Positions 12,201 to 39,045 of a stretch of DNA of 39,045 nt are shown piece by piece. The first letter of the stretch is position 1; each line of letters starts with the position of its first letter. The position numbers and the translations under genes are program-made. The stretch is from Tubiluchus corallicola (taxonomy: Eukaryota > Animalia > Priapulida), in the NCBI GenBank assembly GCA_030141605.1, contig JAQGDQ010001473.1, positions 1-39,045 on the forward strand, written 5' to 3'. The notes below the pieces were generated by a model that had not been told where the DNA came from, ran no database searches, and saw nothing but the letters and a program-made list of their open reading frames with translations.

Positions 12201-15200
12201 TTTTCTTGATTAGAATAGGAATAATTGATTAACGGCTTAGTATGCATGTATATCCAAAAATGCTTACTTTCAGTAAAGTAAACAGATACTCTATGTTTAC
12301 ATAGAGTAAACACTATAGAAAATGTAAGTTAAGTTCTGCTGTATTCTTTAGTTTGTTGTTTCTTTGTTGTTGAAAATTAATTTGCTGAGTTAAATTGGTT
12401 AGCTCGAAAAAAGAAAAAATTAAAAGAAGTTTTACCTCTGTACCAATCATGGTTGGTCTTACATAGAGGGAGCTAGACGACGATCGTGGAACCCAATCCT
12501 GATCCACCTCTATCAGCTTATTTATACACTTTATCAGTTCCATGGAATCAAAATTCTGAAAAAAAAGAAGGAAATATCTAAAAAAAGGCCCACCGGTACA
12601 CAGAAAATCAATTTTTGCATTGCGTAAGAATAAATTAATACTGTAGTATATTGACAAAGCAAGCTAATGTTAAAGAATGTACTAAACCGACAACGTACCG
12701 GTAGCAAATTAATGTTAAAGAATGTACTAAACGACAACGTACCGGTAGCAAACTAATGTTAAAGAATGTACTAAACCGACAACGTACCGGTAGCAAACTA
12801 ACGTTAAAAAATGTACTAAACCGACAACGTACCGGTAGCAAACTAATGTTAAAGAATGTACTAAACCGACAACGTACCTGTAGCAAACTAACGTCAAAGA
12901 ATGTACTAAACCGACAACGTACCGGTTAAAGAATGTACTAAACCGACAACGTACCGGTTAAAGAATGTACTAAACCGACAACGTACCGGTAGCAAACTAA
13001 CGTTAAAGAATGTACTAAACCGACAACGTACCGGTAGCAAACTAATGTTAAAGAATGTACTAAACCGACAACGTACCGGTAGCAAACTAATGTTAAAGAA
13101 TGTACTAAACCGACAACGTACCGGTAGCAAACTAATGTTAAAGAATGTACTAAACCGACAACGTACCTGTAGCAAACTAACGTTAAAGAATGTACTAAAC
13201 CGACAACGTACCGGTTAAAGAATGTACTAAACCGACAACGTACCGGTTAAAGAATGTACTAAACCGACAACGTACCGGTAGCAAACTAACGTCAAAGAAT
13301 GTACTAAACCGACAACGTACCGGTAGCAAACTAATGTTAAAGAATGTACTAAACCGACAACGTACCGGTAGCAAACTAATGTTAAAGAATGTACTAAACC
13401 GACAACGTACCGGTAGACACGCCCTGGTAGCCGTGTCGTTCATCCTCTCCATGTTACAATCTGGTCGAAATAGTCGGATGATTCCATCATGCTCCCCTCT
13501 GTACGCTTTCAGTCCTTCAAATAACTGATCACAACAATTTTACATGTAGGTTACCACTAATGCTTTGTACAAAACAAGAAAGCAAATTACAATGATTAAA
13601 AAAACTTGTAACCTTGATTATTCTATGACATTGGATACACCGTATGATGTGCAATTACGTAAAAGACATGCTTTTTAGCTTATACGATCAACCTGGTTTA
13701 AAGAAACAACCAAATCTCAAACAACATTTATTGCATTTTAAGGGTCACTTAAAAATATTGAAATCACAACACAAAATATGCGCACATAAACCTTTGCTTA
13801 AAAATGTAAAAGAAATTTGAATGTTTTTTCTCCCGCCAAACGAACGTTGATGCCGACATATTTGAAAAAAATGACGTAAACTGGTGGCTGCTGGCCAGCG
13901 TGAAGGCAAGTTCTGTGAAGGTACGCGTCGAGAAATTTCTACAGTTTGCTCAGAAGTTACGTTATCTAATGTTGTGTTTAACTGTGTTTGTCTAGAAATT
14001 AGTCATTGATCAATTATGATCAAATTTAAAGTGGTTACATTGCTTTAATCTACAGGATTACACCTTAAAACGTGTAAGTAATTAACATTAATTGTGTAAA
14101 TAATTAATTTACAGATTTTTGTTGACTTTTAGATATGCATGTAAACTTGCCAGCACGTAGTAGGTTTGTTAACCGGGCTGGTTACTTAGTTTATAGAGTT
14201 TGCTCTATAAAAAGATTCTGAAGATTCTATAAAAAGATATATAAGTTAAAAAGATTCTGAAGCACCTCGCGGGAAAAGTGTTTATATTGCCCAGAAACCG
14301 GATGACGTTATTTATCGTCTAAAATGAGTGTGCCCTAGCGGAAAGTATGCAAGTACACTGCATGCGATGTTATTGTTATAGTATGCGTCATCATATCACA
14401 CTTAATGTACGCGATGTTATTGTTATAGTATGCGTCATCACATCACACTTAATGTATGCGATGTTATTGTTATAGTATGCGTCATCACATCACACTTAAT
14501 GTATGCGATGTTATTGTTATAGTATGCATCATCACATCACACTTAATGTATGCGATGTTATTGTTATAGTATGCATCATCACATCACACTTAATGTATGC
14601 GATGTTATTGTTATAGTATGCATCATCACATCACACTTAATGTATGCGATGTTATTGTTATAGTATGCATCATCACATCACACTTAATGTATGCAATGTT
14701 ATTATTATATTTTGCCCATATATCAAATCCCGCCTCTTTGCTTGTAAAACCTATTTAACGGCTTCCTGATGGTTAGCATAACATCCTGCTATGCATGCCA
14801 AAAATATTTATCCTTGTTCCCAGTGTCCCTATTAATTACAAATAAGTGCAACTGATCGTCACCATTCGATGTTGGGATGCGTGCCAAGTAAGATTCCCGT
14901 CCTGGTTTGTGGACAAACAGAATAACGGATAAACAAACTATCATCATTTTTGGAAGTCCCAGAAGACAAAATTAAAAGCCTACAACTTGGCAGGCACACT
15001 GTGTTACATGCATTGCACTGAAGCCAGCTTTAAATACTCCACAAAGTAAATAAATGTGAGTTTCAAGGTCGTCCAGATGATGTTCAGCTTCTCCTACAGC
15101 AACAAAGCTTAGAGTGAATTCAACTTAAACTGCTGTCAAATAATGATGCTCTCATCTTGACCGAAATACATAAGGATTTTATTCGTAAAGTCCGTTGAGC

Positions 15201-18200
15201 AACATGATGTTTCTTATCATCTTAACTGTGTAATTTTTGCTTGCTGCACGGAAATAAAGTAACAGCTTCTTAGCAACCTGACTGGATATCTGTCGGAAAG
15301 TTTGAAATTTGTTTGATTCTAAGTACTTACTGTGGTGAGGGAGAGACAATCAAATGTGATTGAAATGAATGAAATATCCCAAATTTGGCAAATAGACATT
15401 AACAACGATTGGTCATCCCCGCCGGCCAAGTTCATTAGTAACCCATTAGACATGAGGTGCTAATCAAGCTATGACCCACTTTTGGGTATTTTGTGCATTA
15501 TTAGTATCTTGGAAAGCTAGTTAGTTAGTATAGCTGCTGTGTAATTCACTTATTATGACATTGCATCTAGCACACAATTATATTACTATTAATCAATATT
15601 TTAATACAATACGCTTCGCTTAATAAAGCCATTTTGGTGCAAAGCTAAATAGATTTATAAACCGAAGAACCTACTAAGTAGCACTTTCTATGTTAATACA
15701 GTGCATATTGTTTATTTAACTTAGATCAAATTACAAAAATGAAGACTATTTAACTAAGGATTCAATGCAATGTGTCGTGTGTTCGCTTGCTCTACCAAAC
15801 TTTGATTATGCAAATTCATTATTTGTTGAAGTTCCAGGGTGCACATTGAAGCCAATAGCAAAGGGTGCAAAACTGGACTGCCAAATTTGCAACAGGGGTT
15901 AGAAAACATGATAGAGCAACAGATGCTTTGCATAGCCTTTAATGGCTATCATTCAGGTGATGGTGTACTTCTAATATATTAGTTTTAACGTACAAAGTAA
16001 GTTATTATTACACGCATTTATTAACCGAATTCTAGTGTAAATTGCAATCACCATTTTTAGGCGTTTTGGCATGACTAGGCAGCAAGAGAAGAAACCTTTT
16101 GAGTGGAAGATGAATAAAACAAAGATTCCCTTTCGTTGAAGCACAAGAAGCAGATGTTTTTGTAACCCACTGTGTAAACTAAGACAACTTTTTAAGAATC
16201 AAGGCAACTGTAATACACACTTAAAATTCTTGTCCTCCATTTTCAAAGTGAATTTGGAATATTATACCTTGCTGTAAGATTAAAAACTTACTTCTTGGGC
16301 GTAGTGTAACACTTTTGCTCCTGGATGAAGATTCAGCGATCTTACTGGATGAATTCTTGGAATGCCCCAACCACTGGACACTGTCCATTCAACTGAAAAC
16401 ATGTGATCAGCAAAAGTTTTACCAAATAACAAATTATCCCAGTCTGGTTTGGCCTTCAACTCTGCTGTTCTTTCTATTTCCAGATCTGAAAACTAGACAA
16501 AAACCAGGCAGTGTTAAGCAGAGACAAGTAAAATATTTACAATCATAGTCACACAACACAAACATACCAATGAGTATCACCGCCATCGAATGTTGAATTC
16601 TAGCTGCAGTGCAGCAAACTGGGCATAAAAATGAGCTTCGATTATGAGAAATACATTAAACAGTGAATGAAACTACATAAAATAGCAATTGTAACCGCAT
16701 TCAAGAATTAGAACTTTATTGCTCGTGAAATTGCAACGTTTTGTTTCTGCAGCGAAATTGCAACATTTTGTTTCTGCAGTGAAATTGCATCGTTTTGTTT
16801 CTGCAGTGAAATTGCAACGTTTTGTTTCTGCAGTGAAATTGCAACGTTTTGTTTCTGCAGTGAAATTGCAACGATTCGTTTCTGCAGTGAAATTGCAACG
16901 TTTTGTTTCTGCAGTGAAATTGCAACATTTCGTTTCTGCAGTGAAATTGCAACGTTTTGTTTCTGCAGTGAAATTGCAACGTTTTGTTTCTGCAGTGAAA
17001 TTGCAACGTTTCGTTTCTGCAGTGAAATTGCAACGTTTTGTTTCTGCAGTGAAATTGCAACGTTTTGTTTCTGCAGTGAAATTGCAACGTTTTGTTTCAG
17101 CAGTGAAATTGCAACGTTTTGTTTCTGCAGTGAAATTGCAACGTTTTGTTTCTGCAGTGAAATTGCAACGTTTCGTTTCTGCAGTGAAATTGCAACGTTT
17201 CGTTTCTGCAGTGAAATTGCAACGTTTTGTTTCTGCAGTGAAATTGCAACGTTTTGTTTCAGCAGTGAAATTGCAACGTTTGATTCTGCAGTGAAATTGC
17301 AACGTTTTGTTTCTGCAGTGAAATTGCAGAGCTTTACATGAATTTGTAGCTTCTGTTTGGAATAATAATATGACGCTATTCCAACTACAACAGTTCCTAA
17401 AATCACCTTTGCAGTGTATTTTTGAAACTTTTCACTCTTAATTCCCAGTAATCTGCTTTGAAATTAAAAAAAGTAAAAATGCCCCTAGCGAAATCTCTTT
17501 TACCTGCATTTTCGGATCATTTCCATTTTCTTACCGCCTACCGGTCAGCGAGCATCAATAAATTGATTTTTTTGATTTAATATTTTATTTCAAACTTTAC
17601 AAAGTTCATATACACATCACAAATTAATACAAATAATACAATAAATCATGACACACAACAATAACACAAATAACAATTAACGATATAACAAACTACGCCA
17701 ATGACATCTAATTACAGAAGTAAAGTTTGCATCACTGTTTAAAATGTTCTTGCATATAAAATTTTCACTCTTATTCAGCCTGACGTATAAACTGTATGCA
17801 CATTTTCTGTGAATCACATCAAAATAAATAATATTAAGTCTAGTAGAAATATATCTTGCGCTCGTATCATATCAAAAGTTAAACAGCTTCCGTGTTGATA
17901 CATTATATGCAACTTTGAGTTTGCTAAGATTGTAAGAATAAAAATGTCTCCAAGTGGACATACAATAAAAAGTAGTGCAGTAAGCAGTAAACAATTGTCT
18001 CTTCACGTTAACTGAACAGTGAGTAAATTTCATGAGTAATTCATTTGCTCTTCATTCAATTGAACATTGTCGTAATATATCTAAATCATCTCTATTGTCA
18101 TCTGATAAAATATGACCCAGATTGGAGGCATTTTCATCACATCTCTCCTGCTCTCATTCAAGAAGAGCAGAAACACACTAGGATGTGTTTAGAACTTACA

Positions 18201-19071
18201 TTAGCTCTGTCTATTCTACCTGATACAACATGAAATTTATTAAGCAAGAACGAACTACCTTGAATGCAGACGAAGTCGCTGATGAAAGGAACCTGCTTCT
18301 ACTCGTGTTTGTTACCGACAATTCACCTTGTATTTGAAAAACCTGCAAACAACAAGACAAGATAATTCATAAACCAAGAATGTCAAAAGTAAATAACAGG
18401 ATATTTGAAACTGCATGGATTTTAAAGCCATGATCAGACAAATGAACCTTCCAGCACCAACAAAAATTTTTTAGTCCCATAACTGTTTTACACACTTAGC
18501 ATAATATGGGCTACAATTACGTTTTTGCAATAACATAAAAAAATGGGTAAAAGTACAAAAAAGTGTAGGTTTGGATACACCCTCAGTCTGACTCAGTTTT
18601 GGCTATAAAGCATCGTATATAAAGCACGATTTTGTTCAGTCAGGAGGTGTCCCTTTTATCCGAGGTTCATCAAGGTTATCTGTGTAGTACAACTATTATT
18701 TACTGCACATTGTTTCTGTCTTTGGAATGTCACAATTGAAGACATTCAATGAATTAAATCAGCCAAAATCAATCGAACAATACTGGCAATAACTACTATA
18801 CAAAATTCTCTCAGTTTTTTTAAATCACAGTCGTAACTTTGCAGATATCTAAATTTGTTTATTACTACAGTATGTATAGGCCAATCCAATGTTTGCAAAT
18901 CACAAACAGGCCTAAACGTCGGCAGTATTTTCATCCTCCATCAGTTAAAGTTCACAAATTACCTACTAAAAGTAACAGTGAGACAGTATTAATTTAGGTT
19001 CTTACTTTTTTAATAACACCCCTACATGAAAACATCTTTCCAAAATTACAGTGAAAAGACAACGCAGCCAT
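7318..19071 (-). CDS. BCAT: Branched-chain amino acid aminotransferase, multi-exon, 3'-incomplete: join(19071-19006, 18342-18259, 16492-16292, 13524-13411, 12555-12436, then 8950-8790 OR 7478-7318)
   Basis: Manual minus-strand translation gives consecutive BCAT motifs ([51 protein letters not shown], [14 protein letters not shown]). All exons have GT-AG boundaries and compatible phases. I found no downstream NYG/NYA exon in 1-7317. Confidence 0.95.
7681..8590. repeat. Tandem array, 15-bp unit cactgtcattggtgt, ~60 copies, between BCAT exons 6A and 6B
   Basis: Direct inspection. Confidence 0.97.
8790..8950 (-). CDS. BCAT: BCAT exon 6A ([54 protein letters not shown]), contains catalytic Lys
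   Basis: 161 nt, atttcag acceptor, TC|GTAAGT donor, phase 0 to 2, no stops. Confidence 0.93.
9041..9828. mobile_element. Non-autonomous hAT (Charlie-like) element
   Basis: Perfect 16-bp TIR cagtggttcctaacct / aggttaggaaccactg. Degenerate 8-bp TSD gtttagat / gtctagac fits the NTCTAGAN preference. Internal AT microsatellite. Confidence 0.8.
10234..10593 (+). mobile_element. hAT-type MITE, family A copy 3 (internally deleted)
   Basis: Near-identical to copy 1 but lacks ~120 bp; perfect TSD atttaaac. Confidence 0.88.
10870..11300 (+). mobile_element. Unclassified interspersed repeat (copy 1) containing a short 29-bp tandem expansion at ~11099-11197
   Basis: Diverged reverse-complement homologue at ~37930-38275; internal hairpin ccagtgaatgcatattcactgg. 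Confidence 0.65.
12436..12555 (-). CDS. BCAT: BCAT exon 5 ([40 protein letters not shown])
   Basis: 120 nt, poly-T ttcag acceptor, GAG|GTAAAA donor, YxRP motif. Confidence 0.95.
12659..13416. repeat. Tandem array, 45-bp unit (some 32-bp), 18 copies of the BCAT exon 4 donor site
   Basis: Sense-strand unit GTACGTTGTCGGTTTAGTACATTCTTTAACATTAGTTTGCTACCG overlaps the exon end. Confidence 0.95.
13411..13524 (-). CDS. BCAT: BCAT exon 4 ([38 protein letters not shown])
   Basis: 114 nt, gatcag acceptor, CCG|GTACGT donor, FEGxKAY motif. Confidence 0.95.
14362..14708. repeat. Tandem array, 47-bp unit, ~7 copies
   Basis: atgcgatgttattgttatagtatgcatcatcacatcacacttaatgt repeated. Confidence 0.93.
16292..16492 (-). 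CDS. BCAT: BCAT exon 3 (FSDLEIERT...[22 protein letters not shown]...GWGIPRI...[13 protein letters not shown])
   Basis: 201 nt, tctag acceptor, GAA|GTAAGT donor, clear BCAT motifs. Not in the ORF track. Confidence 0.95.
16725..17328. repeat. Tandem array, 27-bp unit, ~22 copies
   Basis: gtgaaattgcaacgttttgtttctgca repeated. Confidence 0.95.
17565..18200 (-). mobile_element. Decayed non-LTR retrotransposon 3' fragment in BCAT intron 2
   Basis: Minus-strand translation [62 protein letters not shown] resembles a LINE ORF2 post-RT region. It is interrupted and has an A-rich tail. Confidence 0.65.
18259..18342 (-). CDS. BCAT: BCAT exon 2 ([28 protein letters not shown])
   Basis: ttgtttgcag acceptor, 84 nt, AAG|GTAGTT donor. 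Ends in SSAFK, like the SSSFK at the mature N-terminus of mammalian BCAT2. Confidence 0.8.
19006..19071 (-). CDS. BCAT: BCAT exon 1 ([22 protein letters not shown]), probable mitochondrial presequence
   Basis: ATGGCTGCG start, 66 nt, donor AAA|GTAAGA in phase 0. The peptide is basic and lacks acidic residues. Confidence 0.75.
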
Positions 19072-19344
19072 AATTGCAGTTCTTCTAAATTTTACGCCAA
19101 CACGCGTCGCTTGAGTGTAACGCTGCAGAGTGTAATTCGTTAACACAAAAAACTTAAAATTTCACGGTAACTTGTCAGCTGAACACGAACATAAAATGTA
19201 GACAAGTTTTGGAACGTCGCCAATCACGCACAAATGTTTGTGAATTAAGTTTCCGCGCCTGCTGCCATCTGTCGATGACGGAAATATGTAAATGTCTTCC
19301 TGACTTTTTTACCTGTGTTACCCGACTTTGTATGACAAAATCAT

Positions 19345-21174
<1,830 letters not shown>

Positions 21175-21477
21175 TTGAGTCGGACGACAGTTACTGTTGA
21201 AATTTTTTCAATTTTTAGACACAATCAGAATTTTAACCACAAAAATGTTGACTTGTATATTACTAAAAATCATATTGGTATATATAATCCATGGTATACT
21301 CCTAATGTACCTAGTCACATTATTCGAAGCAAAAGAAAGTTTAAAGACAATAACAATTAAGAACAATAACATTGACATAAAACTGTCACACAGTAAAAGA
21401 ATTGTTAAGCAAACATGTTACATTTTTTTATCAAACGCAACGTTTCAATTAATCTCTAGCAGTTATCATTAGGCATC

Positions 21478-21587
21478 CAGGGCCTATTTCAGGGGGGTGG
21501 GAAGTGGGGATACTTCCCCGGGGCCTCACCCTCCAGGGGGTCTCGCGCCAATGTAACATTTTGTTTTGCTTTATGCGAACATACTGC

Positions 21588-21657
<70 letters not shown>

Positions 21658-21924
21658 CGCACGCGCACCGTTTGCCAGTATTGACAAGTATTAAGGACTT
21701 TTCTTGAGAATAAAGCAGTTTTTCTTTCAATTGTTCTTTCCTATAACAACTGTATAACTCCATATTTTCTCTTCGAATATGCTTCTCCGGCGTTCTAGTA
21801 GTTCAAAAATTTTCTGGCCGCCAACCATGGTGTCGCCCGCTCCCCGGCGCTTCCCCCGCCCCCAGAGGGGGCCTCACACCCCCCCCCACTTCCCCGGGCC
21901 TCGCTTAGGCTGAAATAGGCCCTG
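21478..21924 (+). mobile_element. hAT-type MITE family C copy 1, with internal (CT)n
   Basis: TIR cagggcctatttca / tgaaataggccctg; perfect 8-bp TSD taggcatc. Confidence 0.9.
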
Positions 21925-22549
21925 TAGGCATCAGTTACAATTGGCGTTCTTATTTACGAATAACCAACCTACACCCATTAGTCGATTAAGAAAATAACTG
22001 GGTTGAATTGTCTTTGCCTCAGGAGTGAAAGTCCCAGGCAAACAACGCTTAACAGGGGAGAAAAACTGTGGAATTTGAGGGGAGAATTTGCCGTGAAATT
22101 CTTTTAGTCATGGTGAACTGTGAATTATTGTAGCATAAAATTTTGTATGTTCCATTTAAGCTAGGCAACAACATGCGATAAAACATTATTGAAATAACAG
22201 TATTTCCTGTTGCGATGGTTTTTTTCTGTTAGGTCTGAATTTTTTAAAAGAGCCATGAAAACTGCTGCCTCAGTGAAAAAGAACGTATGCAGCATAAGAA
22301 AGAAATATGTAAAGTTGAAGTTATACGTATGAAGGCCTAAAATCTGAGGCCTGAATATCTTTGCAGCTATTACTTGAATCGTATTTTGATAAAATTTAAA
22401 CGGTTACTCTAAAATTGGCATTGCTAATCGCTGTTTAGACGCATCTGTGCGACTCGAATTGTGTACTTTAATTTTGTAGCTACTGCGAACTTATTTTGCA
22501 GGTTTTAATTTGAACTAGCTCTACTAGTATGAATAACTGAGCACTAAAT

Positions 22550-22985
22550 TTAAGAAACATTAGAACGAACAGTCAATATGGAAAGAATTCCATTACAACA
22601 AGCAAGCAATACAACTTTGGAATTCATTACCGACATCACTAAAACACAGCAGCTCTTTATCAATATTCAAGTCTAAATTAAAAAAAACATTTAATGACTC
22701 GTTTTGAATATCCGACATACAAACACGAAGATACTTACTCATATCATAATTTCATTTTTCCTAGACCTTACTAAACTAGTTTATATTTTACTTTTGAATT
22801 TCTAGTTTCGACTTATAGTTTAGCTTGCACCAGACGCATTTGCCCAGAACAGTGTATGTTTTTTATATGAACTAACACTGATTGTCTGTCTTTGTATGGT
22901 CAATGTTGGTCAATGTTTTTCTAATATGATGGTCAATGTTTTTCAAATGGCAAATAAAGATTTTACTACTACTGCTACTACTTTA
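22550..22985 (+). mobile_element. LINE (L2/Crack-like) 3' remnant
   Basis: LWNSLPTSLKHSSSLSIFKSKLKK translation, then aataaa and a (tac)n-like tail. Confidence 0.6.
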
Positions 22986-23147
22986 CTGTGCAGTATGTTG
23001 TGAAAAGGTACAGTCTAGCCACTGTTTAAACAGATTGTCACGCCGTGCGTCGGAACGAGCTAGCCCTTGGGCATCCCTGTCTTGGCCATCCAGCGTCTAT
23101 GAATAGTTGCATACATAGTTGCAGTTGTTTGGTAGAAAGATACAGGC

Positions 23148-38692
<15,545 letters not shown>

Positions 38693-38942
38693 GTATGATT
38701 GTAAACAATAAGAGTAAGTTGCGTTTCGATGAATGTTAATTGCTCAATTAATTAATTAGTTAATCAAAGAGAATTTCTTGTGACATTGATTAATTAATCA
38801 TGTGTGACATGATTGATTGATTAGAATTTTATTCCAGACAAGAAAGTCCATATAAAAATACAATACATAAAATTCGTGAAACTAAAATAGCCTTAACTAA
38901 AATCTAATTACTAACGATAAAGATTAAATTAATTGTACAGAA

Positions 38943-38997
38943 ACACACACACACGCGCGCATATGTGCACACACACACGCACACGCACACACACACA

Positions 38998-39045
<48 letters not shown>
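38943..39045. repeat. (CA)n/(CG)n microsatellite
   Basis: Direct inspection; runs off the window end. Confidence 0.9.

Noticed and set aside
13738-14340. Possible Kolobok-like element (ttaagggtcact ... agtgtgccctag)
   Set aside because: Termini are too degenerate and there is no matching TTAA duplication or second copy.

Overview
AT-rich, intron-rich animal (probably invertebrate) genomic DNA with two head-to-head split genes. On the minus strand is a branched-chain amino acid aminotransferase (BCAT): ATG at 19071, exons recovered by hand down to 7318, with the 3' part apparently beyond the left edge. On the plus strand is a signal-peptide-bearing alkaline phosphatase: ATG at 23148, six exons to 38692, continuing past the right edge. 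The most notable feature is a pair of tandem 161-nt homologous BCAT exons (8790-8950 and 7318-7478). Both are intact, both are phase 0 to phase 2, and each encodes the PLP-binding catalytic lysine region, which is the signature of mutually exclusive splicing of the active site. Two minisatellites are built from an exon's 5' splice site itself (BCAT exon 4, ALP exon 3). About 30% of the window is unrelated tandem arrays, and most long ORFs in the track are repeat artefacts. The rest contains hAT-type MITEs with 8-bp TSDs, tRNA-derived SINEs and decayed LINEs.
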